64,000 bases of DNA from an uncultured Gaiellales bacterium. Lineage in GTDB: Bacteria > Actinomycetota > Thermoleophilia > Gaiellales > Gaiellaceae. The notes beneath the pieces were generated by a model, which was not told where the DNA came from, did no database searches, and saw nothing but the letters and a program-made list of their open reading frames with translations. The stretch is taken from the NCBI GenBank assembly GCA_964578545.1, contig CAZODN010000001.1:8139-72138 (forward strand), in the 5' to 3' direction. A program made the translations under genes and the position numbers. The stretch's first letter is position 1, and the number at the start of each line of letters is the position of its first letter. Of this stretch, positions 36,045 to 45,841 are shown in pieces.

Positions 36045-36746
36045 GTGTCGAAGGTCCTGATCATCGAGGACGACGACGTCATCGCCCGTGGCATGGCGCG
36101 CCATCTGGAGGCGGCCGGCTTCGACGCGATCGGCGTCGCGAGCGGCGAGACCGGGCTCGCGCGGCTTCGCTACGAGCATCCGGACGTCTGCGTGCTCGAC
36201 CTCATGCTCCCCGGGATCGACGGCTGGCGCGTCATCGAGCAGGCCCGGAACGAGGGCATCGGGACGCCCATCGTCGTCGTGTCGGCCCGCGGCACCGAGC
36301 ACGACCGCGTGCACGCGCTCGAGATCGGCGCCGACGACTACCTCGTCAAGCCGTTCTCGATGAAGGAGCTCGCCGCCCGCGTCCGCGCGGCAGCACGCCG
36401 AGGAGTCAGCGCCGCGGAGCCCCGCCGCGACGACGCGATCGTCATCGCGGAGCTCCGCCTCGACCCCGCCAACGTGCAGGCGTACGTCGACGGGACGAGC
36501 GCCGAGCTGACACCGACGGAGTTCCGCCTCGTGTACACGCTCGCCCGCGAGGCCGGCCGCGTCCTCACGCGGGACGAGTTGCTCCAGCGCGTCTGGGGCC
36601 GCCGGGCGACCCACCGCGACCGCACGGTCGACGTGTTCGTCCGGAAGCTGCGCGAGAAGATCGACCGCCGCGCGTCGACCCACGACTTCATCCACACGCG
36701 CTACGGCGTCGGCTACAAGCTCGAGGCGCTCCCGAAATCCCGCTGA
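36045..36746 (+). CDS. OmpR/PhoB family response regulator
   Basis: VSKVLIIEDDDVIARGMARHLEAAGFD...VLDLMLPGIDGW...VVVSARG...DDYLVKPF... The C-terminal winged helix is LTPTEFRLVYTLAREAGRVLTRDELLQRVWG...VDVFVRKLREKI. Confidence 0.88.
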   Translation: MSKVLIIEDDDVIARGMARHLEAAGFDAIGVASGETGLARLRYEHPDVCVLDLMLPGIDGWRVIEQARNEGIGTPIVVVSARGTEHDRVHALEIGADDYLVKPFSMKELAARVRAAARRGVSAAEPRRDDAIVIAELRLDPANVQAYVDGTSAELTPTEFRLVYTLAREAGRVLTRDELLQRVWGRRATHRDRTVDVFVRKLREKIDRRASTHDFIHTRYGVGYKLEALPKSR

Positions 36747-36940
36747 CGCGACCGACCTCTCCAGGCCCGTCGCTGGAGACGCTGCCAGCCGTCGGGCGGG
36801 CGCAGCGCGCACGCGGCGCGGTCGAGCCCCGTCTCCGAGCCACCAGCTGACGGCACGGCAGGAAGACGCCCCTGCGGTCGATCACCCGCTCGGAGTCGCT
36901 CGTCCGGGGGTCGCGGCAGGCACTCCGAGGTTGCTATCGT

Positions 36941-36946
36941 TAGCCT
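36941..36946 (+). promoter_or_regulatory. -10-like TAGCCT, 5 nt upstream of ATG 36952 (leaderless-type), in an unusually AT-rich patch
   Basis: The sequence is ttgctatcgTTAGCCTcgttaATG. Confidence 0.35.
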
Positions 36947-36951
36947 CGTTA

Positions 36952-37395
36952 ATGGTTAGTGAGGTTACGGTCAGCGCCGACGTCGTGGCGGCCGAGCTGC
37001 GGCCCGTTCTCCTCCGCCTCGCGCGCGAGCTCCGGAAGGAGACCGAGCAGCTCGGGATCACCGCTCGCCAGGCGACGCTCCTGTGGCTCGTGAAGCGGAG
37101 CCCCGGGCTCTCGCTCGCCGAGCTCGCCGCCGAGGAGGGGATCTCAGCGCCTGCGATGTGCGGGCACGTCGACCGCCTGGAGCGCGCGGGCCTGATCGAG
37201 CGCGTGCGCTCGACGGAGGACCGCCGGCGGATCGGGCTCCGCCTCACCGACGAGGGCGCCCGGCTCCTCAGGCGCGTGCGCGCGCGCCGGACGACCTGGC
37301 TCGCAGAGCGCTTGCGCACGCTTGCGCCGTCGGAGCTCGAGGCCGTCGAGGCAGCCGTCCGGCCCCTGGCGAGGCTCGTGGGGGACGAGCGTTGA
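36952..37395 (+). CDS. MarR family transcriptional regulator
   Basis: ITARQATLLWLVKRSPGLSLAELAAEEGISAPAMCGHVDRLERAGLIERVRSTEDRRRIGLRLTDEG. The ATG at 36952 is preferred over the track TTG at 36931. Confidence 0.85.
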   Translation: MVSEVTVSADVVAAELRPVLLRLARELRKETEQLGITARQATLLWLVKRSPGLSLAELAAEEGISAPAMCGHVDRLERAGLIERVRSTEDRRRIGLRLTDEGARLLRRVRARRTTWLAERLRTLAPSELEAVEAAVRPLARLVGDER

Positions 37396-38642
37396 CGACG
37401 CTCGCGTTCGCGCTGCGGGCACGCACGTTCCGCAGCCTCCGCCGCCACCGCAACTACCGCATCTTCTTCACCGGCCAGGTGGTGTCGCTCGCCGGCACGT
37501 GGATGCAGAACGTCGCGCTCGCCTGGCTCGTCATCGAGCTCTCGGGCTCCCCGCTCGCGATCGGAGCTCTCGCCTTCTGCCGGTTCGTGCCGTTCACCGT
37601 GTTCGGCCTCGTCGCCGGCGTCCTGGCCGACCGGATCGACTCGCGGCGGCTCGTCATGACGACGCAGGGAGCCGCGATGGCCGTCTCGATCGCGCTCGCC
37701 GTCGTCACCCTCACCGGCACCGCGACGCTGACCATCGTGTACGTGCTGGCCGCACTCGGGGGGATCGCCCTCGCGTTCGACGCCCCTGGACGACAGTCGC
37801 TGACGTTCCAGATGGTCGGCCCGCGCGAGCTCCCGAACGCCGTGGCCCTCAACTCGGGGCTCTTCAACGGGTCACGGATCGTCGGCCCGGCCATCGCCGG
37901 GATCCTGATCGCGGTCGTGGGCACCGGCATCTGCTTCGCCCTGAACGCGGTCAGCTTCCTCGCCGTGCTCACCGCGCTCGCGCTCGTGCGGGAGTCGGAG
38001 CTCCACCACGTCGCGCGCGACCCGTCGACGCGGATCGTGGCAGGGATTCGCCGGGCGCTCGGCTTCGCGTGGCGCGACGAGCAGCTCAGGCTCGTCCTCC
38101 TCGTGGTCACGGTCGTCGCCACGGTCGGCTTCAACTTCCACGTGCTCGTGCCGATTCTCGCGGCGAGCACGCTCCACGTCGGGCCCGTCGGGTTCGGGCT
38201 GCTCTCCGCCTCCTTCGGCCTCGGTGCGCTCGTCGGCGCTCTCGTCGCCGCGACGCTACGGGGCGCGAGCTGGCGCACGTTCTCCGTCGGGACGACCTCG
38301 TTCGGCATCTTCGCCGTGCTCCTCGCACCCGTCCACGACGCGCTCGTCGCCGGCGCCATCCTCTTCGCCATCGGGATCTCCTTCACCCTCTTCACCGCGA
38401 ACGGGAACGCGCTCGTGCAGCTCGCCGCGCCGGATCACCTCCGCGGCAGGCTGATCAGCCTGTACCTCTTCGCCTTCCTCGGTCTCGCCCCGCTCGGAGG
38501 GCTCTTCGCCGGCTGGCTCGCGGAGGTCGGCGGTACGACCCTCGCCTTCGCGGTCGCCGGGCTCACCTCGCTCGTCGCGATCGGCGTCGCGAGCTCCGTG
38601 CGGTCGCGCTGGCTCGGCGCCGCCCCGGCGGACGTCGGTTAG
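37392..38642 (+). CDS. MFS transporter (EntS/MFS_3-like), translationally coupled to MarR
   Basis: From TTG 37392 (TTGA overlap): TTLAFALRARTFRSLRRHRNYRIFFTGQVVSLAGTWMQNVALAWLV..., with about 12 TM segments. Confidence 0.85.
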   Translation: MTTLAFALRARTFRSLRRHRNYRIFFTGQVVSLAGTWMQNVALAWLVIELSGSPLAIGALAFCRFVPFTVFGLVAGVLADRIDSRRLVMTTQGAAMAVSIALAVVTLTGTATLTIVYVLAALGGIALAFDAPGRQSLTFQMVGPRELPNAVALNSGLFNGSRIVGPAIAGILIAVVGTGICFALNAVSFLAVLTALALVRESELHHVARDPSTRIVAGIRRALGFAWRDEQLRLVLLVVTVVATVGFNFHVLVPILAASTLHVGPVGFGLLSASFGLGALVGALVAATLRGASWRTFSVGTTSFGIFAVLLAPVHDALVAGAILFAIGISFTLFTANGNALVQLAAPDHLRGRLISLYLFAFLGLAPLGGLFAGWLAEVGGTTLAFAVAGLTSLVAIGVASSVRSRWLGAAPADVG

Positions 38643-38692
38643 CCGAGCGGCCCACCTCCTCGCCGGGCCTCGGCGATCGTCATGATCACCGG

Positions 38693-39574
38693 GTGGACTT
38701 CTACCGCACGCCCGACGAGCGCTTCGACGGACTCCCCGGCTGGGCGCACGAGCCGCGGTACGTCGAGCAGGACGGGCTGCGCCTGCACTTCGTCGACGAG
38801 GGCTCGGGGGACCCCGTGCTCCTACTCCACGGCGAGCCGACCTGGGGCTACCTGTACCGGAAGATGATCCCGACCCTCGCGACCGTCGCACGAGCGGTCG
38901 CCCCCGACTACTTCGGCTTCGGACGCTCGGACAAGCCAACGCGGATCGAGGACTACTCGTACGACTTCCACTCGACGTCGATCGAGCGCTTCGTCGACGA
39001 GCTCGACCTCCGCGGCGTCACCGTCGTCGTGCAGGACTGGGGCGGTCCGATCGGGCTCCGGCTCGCGGTCGAGCGGCCCGACGTCGTCTCGCGGCTCGTG
39101 ATCCTCAACACCGGCATCGGAGCGGGTCGCGCGCCCTCGCCCGAGTGGCTGCGCTTCCGCGAGTTCGTGCGCCGCCTGGGGACCGATCTCGTCCCCGGGC
39201 AGCTGATCCGCCTCTCCTGCGTGACCGATCCGGGCGTCGAGGTGATCGCCGCCTACGACGCGCCGTTTCCGACGCCCGAGTCCAAGGCGGGCGTCCTCGC
39301 GTTCCCGGAGCTCGTCCCGACCGAGGTCGACCACCCGTCGGCGGCGAAGATGCTCGAGGTCCGCGCCGGGCTCGAGCGCTGGGAGCGCCCCGCGCTCGTC
39401 CTCTTCTCCGACTCGGACCCGATCTTCTCGACCGCCGCCGCGGAGCGCATGGCAGCACGGATCCCGGGAGCCGGCCCGGCAGAGATCGTCGCCGGCGCCG
39501 GGCACTTCCTGCAGGAGGAGGCCGGCGAGGAGATCGCGGCGCGGATCGTCCGCTTCCTCGGCGAGAGCCGGTAG
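38693..39574 (+). CDS. Haloalkane dehalogenase-type alpha/beta hydrolase
   Basis: From GTG 38693: DFYRTPDERFDGLPGWAHEPRYVE...LLLHGEPTWGYLYRKMIP...VVVQDWGGPIGLRL (nucleophile Asp)...GAGHFLQEE. Confidence 0.85.
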   Translation: MDFYRTPDERFDGLPGWAHEPRYVEQDGLRLHFVDEGSGDPVLLLHGEPTWGYLYRKMIPTLATVARAVAPDYFGFGRSDKPTRIEDYSYDFHSTSIERFVDELDLRGVTVVVQDWGGPIGLRLAVERPDVVSRLVILNTGIGAGRAPSPEWLRFREFVRRLGTDLVPGQLIRLSCVTDPGVEVIAAYDAPFPTPESKAGVLAFPELVPTEVDHPSAAKMLEVRAGLERWERPALVLFSDSDPIFSTAAAERMAARIPGAGPAEIVAGAGHFLQEEAGEEIAARIVRFLGESR

Positions 39575-39577
39575 CGC

Positions 39578-40594
39578 CTACTCGACCGTCCAGGTGTCGC
39601 CGGAGTGCAGGAGCGCCTCCAGGTCGCCTTCCCCCCGAAGCTCCGTCGCCCGCTCGAGCTGCTCGCTCATGAGCTCGTCGTAGACCGGGCGCTCGATCGA
39701 GCGGAAGACGCCGAGCGGAAGCGCGCCGTCGGTGTCGAACTGCAGCCGCGAGAGGGCGAATGCCAGGCTCGGCTCGCGGTGCTTCGGGTCGTGGACGACG
39801 AGAGCGTCCTCGCCGACGTCGGCCACGCGAACGACCTTGGCGGAGCCGTCGGCGTGCTGCACGACCCCCATCTCGCCGTCAGGGCCGAACCGGATCGGCT
39901 CGCCGGCGCGCAGGTAGATGCGGTTGTCCTTGCTCTCGCGGACGTAGTCGAACGCGCCGTCGTTGTAGATGTTGCAGTTCTGGAGGATCTCGACGAACGC
40001 CGAGCCGCGATGGCGGGCGGCGGCCTCGAGCACCTCCGTCAGCTCCTTCTTGTCCGTGTCGATCGCGCGGGCGACGAACGAGGCCTCGGCGCCGATGGCG
40101 ACGGACAGCGGGTTGAACGGGTGGTCGAGCGAGCCCATCGGCGTCGACTTCGTGACCTTCCCGAGCTCCGAGGTGGGCGAGTACTGGCCCTTCGTCAGCC
40201 CGTAGATCCGGTTGTTGAAGAGGAGAATGGTCAGGTTCACGTTGCGCCGCAGCACGTGGATGAGGTGATTCCCTCCGATCGAGAGCGCGTCCCCGTCGCC
40301 CGTCACCACCCACACGGAGAGGTCGGGCCGCGTGACCGCGAGACCCGTCGCGATCGCCGGCGCGCGCCCGTGGATCGAGTGCATCCCGTACGTGCTCATG
40401 TAGTAGGGGAAGCGGGCGGCGCAGCCGATCCCGGAGACGAAGACGATGCGCTCGCGCTCGATCCCGAGCTCGGGCATGAAGCCCTGGACGACGTTGAGGA
40501 TCGCGTAGTCCCCGCAGCCGGGGCACCAGCGGACCTCCTGGTCGGACTTGAAGTCCTTCGCGGTCAGCTGGAGGAGGTTCCCGTCGCCGCTCAT
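39578..40594 (-). CDS. korB: 2-oxoacid:ferredoxin oxidoreductase beta subunit
   Basis: From ATG 40594: FKSDQEVRWCPGCGDYAILNVVQ...GIGCAARFPYYM...HGRAPAIATG...VTGDGDALSIGGNH is the TPP-binding region. Confidence 0.92.
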   Translation of the reverse strand: MSGDGNLLQLTAKDFKSDQEVRWCPGCGDYAILNVVQGFMPELGIERERIVFVSGIGCAARFPYYMSTYGMHSIHGRAPAIATGLAVTRPDLSVWVVTGDGDALSIGGNHLIHVLRRNVNLTILLFNNRIYGLTKGQYSPTSELGKVTKSTPMGSLDHPFNPLSVAIGAEASFVARAIDTDKKELTEVLEAAARHRGSAFVEILQNCNIYNDGAFDYVRESKDNRIYLRAGEPIRFGPDGEMGVVQHADGSAKVVRVADVGEDALVVHDPKHREPSLAFALSRLQFDTDGALPLGVFRSIERPVYDELMSEQLERATELRGEGDLEALLHSGDTWTVE

Positions 40595-42441
40595 CGATCC
40601 ACCAGCGCGCCGATGGCGTCCGCGAGCTCCGCCGCACGGAACGGGCGGCCCCGCACCTGGTTGTACCCGACCGCGTCCACGAGGTACTCCGCGCGCAGGA
40701 GCAGGCGGAGCTGGCCGAGGTTCATCTCGGGCACGAGCACCTTGTCGTAGGCGCGGAGCACGTCGCCCGTGTTCTGCGGGAAGGGGTTGAGGTAGCGCAG
40801 ATGCGCGGTGGCGACCTTGCGCCCGCTCGACCGGACCCGCCGCGCTGCCGCGACGATCGCGCCGTACGTCGAGCCCCAGCCGAGCACGAGCGTGTCGGCG
40901 CCGTCCGGGTCGTCGACCTCGAGCTCGGGGATGTCCGCCGCGATCCCGGCGACCTTCGCGGCCCGGAGCTGAATCATGAGGTCGTGGTTGTCGGGGTCGT
41001 AGGACACGTTCCCCGTCTCGTTCTCCTTCTCCAGGCCGCCGATCCGGTGCTCGAGCCCGGGGGTGCCCGGGATCGCCCACGGCCGCGCGAGCGTCTCCGG
41101 GTCGCGCTTGTACGGGAGGAACCGATCGCCGTCGTTCGGCGCGGTCGCGTACTCGACCTCGATCTCCGGCAGCGACTCGACGTCGGGCACGAGCCACGGC
41201 TCGGAGCCGTTCGCGAGGTACGCGTCGGAGAGCAGGAAGACGGGCGTTCGGTACTTGACGGCGATGCGCGCGGCCTCGATCGCCGCCTCGAAGCACCCGG
41301 CGGGAGTGGAGGGCGCGATCACGGGGACCGGCGACTCGGAGTTGCGGCCGAACATGACCATGAGCAGGTCCGCCTGCTCGGGCTTCGTCGGCATGCCAGT
41401 GGACGGCCCGGCCCGCTGGACGTCCACGACCACGAGCGGGAGCTCGAGAGCGACGGCGAGACCGACCGTCTCCGACTTGAGGACGACGCCCGGCCCGGCC
41501 GAAGTCGTGACGCCGAGCGCGCCGCCGAAGGAGGCGCCGAGCGCGGCCCCGGCAGCCGCGATCTCGTCCTCGGCCTGGAACGTCCGCACCCCGAAGTGCT
41601 TGAACTGCGCGAGGTCCTCGAGGATGCTGGACGCCGGGGTGATCGGGTAGGCGCCGAGGAAGAGCGGGAGCCCCGAGAGCCGGCTGGCGGCGACGAGCCC
41701 GTACGAGAGGGCGGTGTTGCCGGAGATCTGTCGGTACGTGCCGGGGGCGATCTGCGCGGGCGCGACCTCGTACGAGATCGCGAAGTCCTCGGAGGTCTCC
41801 CCGTAGTTCCACCCCGCCCGGAAGGCGCGCGTGTTCGCCTCGACGATCTCGGGCCGCTTCGCGAACTTCTCCCGGATGAACGCGAGCGTCCCCTCGGTCG
41901 GGCGGTGGTAGAGCCACGACATGAGCCCGAGCGCGAAGAAGTTCTTCGAGCGCTCGGCCTCGCGCGGGGTCACCCCTTCGATGCCCTTGAGCGCCTCCAC
42001 CGTCATCGACGAGAGCGCCACCGCGTGGACGTGGAAGTCCGAGAGCGACCCGTCCTCGAGCGGGTTCGACTCGTAGCCGGCCTTCTGCAGGTTGCGCTCG
42101 TTGAACGCATCCGTGTTGGCGATGATCGTCCCGCCCTTCACGAGGTCCTGCACGTTGACCTTGAGCGCGGCCGGGTTCATCGCGACGAGCACGTTCGGCT
42201 GGTCGCCGGGGGTGAGGATGTCGAAGCTCGCGAAGTGAACCTGGAAGCCCGACACCCCCGGCAGCGACCCGGCGGGCGCGCGGATCTCGGCCGGGAAGTC
42301 GGGGAACGTCACGAGGTCGTTCCCGAACACGGCGGTCTCGCTCGTGAAGCGGTCGCCGGTGAGCTGCATCCCGTCGCCGGAGTCGCCCGCGAAGCGGATC
42401 ACGACCCGGTCGAGCTGCTCGACGGGCTTGGAGGTGCTCAC
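40591..42441 (-). CDS. korA: 2-oxoacid:ferredoxin oxidoreductase alpha subunit
   Basis: 616 aa. VVIRFAGDSGDGMQLTGDRFTSETAVFGNDLVTFPDFPAEIRAP...GAYPITPASSILE. It has an ATGA overlap with korB. Confidence 0.92.
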   Translation of the reverse strand: MSTSKPVEQLDRVVIRFAGDSGDGMQLTGDRFTSETAVFGNDLVTFPDFPAEIRAPAGSLPGVSGFQVHFASFDILTPGDQPNVLVAMNPAALKVNVQDLVKGGTIIANTDAFNERNLQKAGYESNPLEDGSLSDFHVHAVALSSMTVEALKGIEGVTPREAERSKNFFALGLMSWLYHRPTEGTLAFIREKFAKRPEIVEANTRAFRAGWNYGETSEDFAISYEVAPAQIAPGTYRQISGNTALSYGLVAASRLSGLPLFLGAYPITPASSILEDLAQFKHFGVRTFQAEDEIAAAGAALGASFGGALGVTTSAGPGVVLKSETVGLAVALELPLVVVDVQRAGPSTGMPTKPEQADLLMVMFGRNSESPVPVIAPSTPAGCFEAAIEAARIAVKYRTPVFLLSDAYLANGSEPWLVPDVESLPEIEVEYATAPNDGDRFLPYKRDPETLARPWAIPGTPGLEHRIGGLEKENETGNVSYDPDNHDLMIQLRAAKVAGIAADIPELEVDDPDGADTLVLGWGSTYGAIVAAARRVRSSGRKVATAHLRYLNPFPQNTGDVLRAYDKVLVPEMNLGQLRLLLRAEYLVDAVGYNQVRGRPFRAAELADAIGALVDR

Positions 42442-42484
42442 AGGTCAGGTATAGCGGACGGGGCGGCTCGCCGGTCGGCGAGGG

Positions 42485-42967
42485 TCACTCCGCCTCCGCG
42501 AGGAGCGCGGCGAGGTCGAGCGGCGCGTTGAACATCGCGACACCCGCGCCGTCGGGCGGGCGCGGCCACTCCTCCTCGGGCCGGTCGCGGTAGAGCTCGA
42601 CGCCGTTCCCGTCCGGATCGGCCAGGTAGATCGCCTCGCTGACCCCGTGGTCCGAGGCGCCCTGCAGCGGGATGCCCGCCTCGAGGACCCGCCTGAGCGC
42701 GCCCGCCAGCGTCCGGCGGTCGGGGAAACGCACGGCCACGTGGTAGAGCCCGGTCGTCCCCCGAGGCGGCGGCGAGCCGCCCTTCGACTCCCACGTGTTC
42801 AGGCCGAGGTGGTGGTGGTAGCCGCCGGCCGAGACGAAGGCGGCCTGGTCGCCCCAACGCTGCTGGAGCTCGAACCCGATGACGCCGCACCAGAAGTCGA
42901 GCGAGCGGTCGAGATCGGCGACCTTCAGGTGGACGTGCCCGATGTCCACGCGCGGGTCGAGCGTCAC
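42485..42967 (-). CDS. VOC (glyoxalase/bleomycin resistance/extradiol dioxygenase) family protein
   Basis: From GTG 42967 (GTGA overlap with the upstream stop): TLDPRVDIGHVHLKVADLDRSLDFWCGVIGFEL...GLYHVAVRFP...DHGVSEAIYLADPDGNGVELY. Confidence 0.8.
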   Translation of the reverse strand: MTLDPRVDIGHVHLKVADLDRSLDFWCGVIGFELQQRWGDQAAFVSAGGYHHHLGLNTWESKGGSPPPRGTTGLYHVAVRFPDRRTLAGALRRVLEAGIPLQGASDHGVSEAIYLADPDGNGVELYRDRPEEEWPRPPDGAGVAMFNAPLDLAALLAEAE

Positions 42968-44286
42968 GACGCAACCGTACCCGTCGGGCTCGCGGCCGTC
43001 CCGTCCGCGGGCTTCGGGAGCCCCAGCGCGAGCCCTGCGGCGGCCCAGACCGTGAACGCGAGCCAGTGCACGCCGATCACGTCCGTCTGCAGGGCGAGGA
43101 GGAGCACGGCCGAGAAGGCGCCCGCGAGCCACGGCTCCCTCCTCCAGAGGCCGACGAGGATCGTGAGGCTCCAGAGCACGAACGCGGCGACGCCCGCGAC
43201 GCCCGCGTCGACCCCGAGCTCCGTGTACGTGGACTCGCCCGCGCGGATCTCCACGCCCGTTCGCTTCGCGACGACCCCCGCGTTCCCGAGCCCGTACCCC
43301 CGCGGGTGCTCGATCACGACCCGCACGCCCTCGCGGAGGTTCCGCCAGTGGCTCTCGGTGGACGCCTCGCCGCCCGAGAACGGGTCGCCGCTCGTGCCGC
43401 CCTCCTGCTGCGCGTTCTGGCGCAGCCACTCGAGCTCCTCCGGCGTGTAGCTCGTCGTCGGCCCGATCGACGGGTACACCGAGAGGAAGGCGGCCGCCAC
43501 GACGACCGAGACCGCTCCCAGGACGGCCGGCGCGGGCCTCCGCTGGGCGAGCGCGAGGACGACGAGCCCCAGCGCGAGCGCGGCGAAGGCGGCCCGCGTG
43601 TGCGTGTACAGGAGGCCGACGTAGAGGAAGACGGAGAGCAGCCCCCACCACCAGCGGAAGGGCCGGCTCAGCACGTAGATGAGGGCGACGACGAGGAGGT
43701 ACGCGCTCGCGAGAGGCGAGAGGAACGTCGAGACCAGCCGCCGCAGGGGACTCTCCTCGTCGCCCGTGTTGAAGACCCAGTTCTCGGGGAGCCCCGACAG
43801 GCCCTCGTAGTCGAGGCCGAGCTGCTCCCGGTACCAGCCGGGGACGCCGGAGTCGCGCCAGGACTGGAGCGGGATGAAGGCGAGGTCGACGAGCCCGACG
43901 ACGACGACCGCGAGGGCGATCGCCGCGACGAGGCGGCCGAAGCGCTCGCGCTCGGGCCACGCGGCCGAGACGAGCCGCCCGAGCGCGTAGCCGGCGACCG
44001 GGAACAGGTGGTGGCGGAGCGCGAGCAGCTCGCCGCGGGAGGTCGCCTCCCCGCCGAGCCAGTCCTGCGGCAGCAGCCAGTAGGCGACGATCACGATCGC
44101 GTACGCGAGAGCCAGGGCGTCGGCGGCCCGCACCGCGGGCCAGCGGCGCACGTGCCAGGCCACGGCGACGAGCGCGACCAGGAGGAGCGCCTCCTTCCAC
44201 GCCGCGACGACGTCGAGCGTCGTCCCCCGGACGCCGAGCTCCCAGAGCTGCGCCATGGCGACGTTGTGAACCGCCAGGCCGAGCAC
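42964..44286 (-). CDS. O-antigen ligase (Wzy_C)-like polytopic membrane protein
   Basis: 440 aa with more than 10 hydrophobic segments. The central block VGLLYTHTRAAFAALALGLVVLAL is followed by a larger loop, as in the Wzy_C family. The start is uncertain. Confidence 0.65.
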   Translation of the reverse strand: MLGLAVHNVAMAQLWELGVRGTTLDVVAAWKEALLLVALVAVAWHVRRWPAVRAADALALAYAIVIVAYWLLPQDWLGGEATSRGELLALRHHLFPVAGYALGRLVSAAWPERERFGRLVAAIALAVVVVGLVDLAFIPLQSWRDSGVPGWYREQLGLDYEGLSGLPENWVFNTGDEESPLRRLVSTFLSPLASAYLLVVALIYVLSRPFRWWWGLLSVFLYVGLLYTHTRAAFAALALGLVVLALAQRRPAPAVLGAVSVVVAAAFLSVYPSIGPTTSYTPEELEWLRQNAQQEGGTSGDPFSGGEASTESHWRNLREGVRVVIEHPRGYGLGNAGVVAKRTGVEIRAGESTYTELGVDAGVAGVAAFVLWSLTILVGLWRREPWLAGAFSAVLLLALQTDVIGVHWLAFTVWAAAGLALGLPKPADGTAASPTGTVAS

Positions 44287-44323
44287 GAGGAGCCCGATCG
44301 CGAGGCCGGTGATCCGCTGCGCG

Positions 44324-44935
44324 CTAATCGACGATCGCCACCAGGGTCAGCCCGAGGTTCACGATCCGCACCCGGCCGGGGAAGAGGGAGACGAGCTCGC
44401 GGCGGGAGAGGAGGTGGTTCTCCGTCGCGAAGCCCTTCCCGAGCGCGCGGTAGACGCGGTGCGAGAGCGCGTCGGGAAGCCAGTGGACGAGCGGCAGGCG
44501 CGTGTGGACCTCGATCGGGAACCAGCGGTTCGGCGTCGTCACGAACACGCTGCGGCCGACCCGGAGCGCCTCCGACACGAGCGCGCGCTGGCGGTCGCGG
44601 CCTCCGACGTGCTCGATGACGGCGTTCGAGAAGACGATGTCGAACGCGCCGTCCTCGAACGGGAGCGCGCAGGCATCGCCCTGTACGTACCGGATGCGCG
44701 GGTACCGGGCGCGGAAGCCGGCGCCCTCGTGGAGCCCGAGCGCCGTGATCCGCTCCGGCCACGGGTACAGCTCCTCGAGGAAGTTGAGCGTCCCGCAGCC
44801 GTCCCCCTCGCCGAACCCGAGCTCGTCCGCGCCGACGTCGAGCACGGTCGTCTCGGCCGTCGGCCGGAGCTCCTCGAGGAGGAGGCGGAGCTTCCGCTCT
44901 CGGGAGCGGAGCGAGACGGCGTCCACGAGGCGCAC
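44324..44935 (-). CDS. Class I SAM-dependent methyltransferase-like protein
   Basis: TVLDVGADELGFGEGDGCGT...FDIVFSNAVIEHV shows Methyltransf_11-like spacing. Motif I is degenerate. Confidence 0.65.
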   Translation of the reverse strand: MRLVDAVSLRSRERKLRLLLEELRPTAETTVLDVGADELGFGEGDGCGTLNFLEELYPWPERITALGLHEGAGFRARYPRIRYVQGDACALPFEDGAFDIVFSNAVIEHVGGRDRQRALVSEALRVGRSVFVTTPNRWFPIEVHTRLPLVHWLPDALSHRVYRALGKGFATENHLLSRRELVSLFPGRVRIVNLGLTLVAIVD

Positions 44936-44964
44936 CGCGTAAGTATCGGGCCAGCGCCCGCGAG

Positions 44965-44970
44965 TAGGCT
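44965..44970 (+). promoter_or_regulatory. -10-like TAGGCT, 6 nt upstream of GTG 44977 (leaderless-type)
   Basis: Read directly. Confidence 0.35.
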
Positions 44971-44976
44971 GGCTCG

Positions 44977-45801
44977 GTGGTCGAGACGACGCTCACGCCA
45001 CGCGGCCCCTACTCGCTGCGGCTGACGACGGGGAGATCGGCCTGGAGCGCGAAGCTGCCCGCCGGCGGCGCGGAGGCGGCGCAGCTCGCGGACGGCCGTG
45101 TGCTGATCCGGGCATCCACCGAGGAGGCGCTCGAGGACGCGCGCTTCGTCCTCGCGCTCGACGACGACACGAGCGAGTTCCACCGCCGGTTCGCCGCCGA
45201 CCCCCTCCTCGGGCCGGCGGTGCGCGCGCTCCGCGGGTTACGCCCTCGCCGGCGGGCGACCGTCGCCCACGCTGCGCTGCGCGCCGTCTGCGGCCAGCTC
45301 GTCCAGGCCGGCAAGGCGCTCGCCCTCGAGCGATCTGTCGTCCGCGCCTGCGGCGAGGACCCTCCGACCCGCGAGGCGCTCCTGCGGCTGTCGCCGGCCG
45401 CGCTCACGGCCTGCGGGCTGGCGGCGAGCCGGGCAGCCGCGCTGCACCGGCTCTGCCGGACGGTCGACCTCGAGCGGCTCAGGTCGGAGCCGGACACCGC
45501 GCTCGCCCGGCTCGGGCGCGTGCCGGGGATCGGGCCGTGGAGCGTCGGCGTGATCGCGCTGCAGGGGCTCGGCCGCTACGACGCGGGGCTCGTCGGCGAC
45601 CTCGGGCTCGTGAAGCTCCAGGCGGCGCTCGAGGGCCGCTGGCCCGACCCCTCGGAGACGCGCCGCCTGCTCGAGCCCTACGGCGAGTGGCAGGGGCTCG
45701 CGAGCGTCTTCCTGCTCCGCGGCTTCGAGCACGGGCTCGTCCCCGGCGCGAGCAAGGACCGGGCGCGGCTCGTGCAGGCGAGAGCCGCTCGCGCGAGCTG
45801 A
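44977..45801 (+). CDS. DNA-3-methyladenine glycosylase 2 (AlkA-like, HhH-GPD) family protein
   Basis: LARLGRVPGIGPWSVGVIALQGLGRYDAGLVGDLGLVKL carries the HhH-GPD motif with its catalytic Asp. Confidence 0.8.
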   Translation: MVETTLTPRGPYSLRLTTGRSAWSAKLPAGGAEAAQLADGRVLIRASTEEALEDARFVLALDDDTSEFHRRFAADPLLGPAVRALRGLRPRRRATVAHAALRAVCGQLVQAGKALALERSVVRACGEDPPTREALLRLSPAALTACGLAASRAAALHRLCRTVDLERLRSEPDTALARLGRVPGIGPWSVGVIALQGLGRYDAGLVGDLGLVKLQAALEGRWPDPSETRRLLEPYGEWQGLASVFLLRGFEHGLVPGASKDRARLVQARAARAS

Positions 45802-45829
45802 CGCGACCCGCCCGGCGGGCCTCCCCGCC

Positions 45830-45835
45830 TAGACT
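45830..45835 (+). promoter_or_regulatory. -10-like TAGACT, 6 nt upstream of GTG 45842 (leaderless-type)
   Basis: Read directly. Confidence 0.35.
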
Positions 45836-45841
45836 CCGTCC

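Noticed and set aside
36747-36951. 205-bp gap after the response regulator, which might hide a gene or RNA
   Set aside because: Only a weak 7-bp hairpin (36758..36779) and Arg-rich antisense ORFs are present. I saw no promoter/terminator pair or coding-type codon bias.
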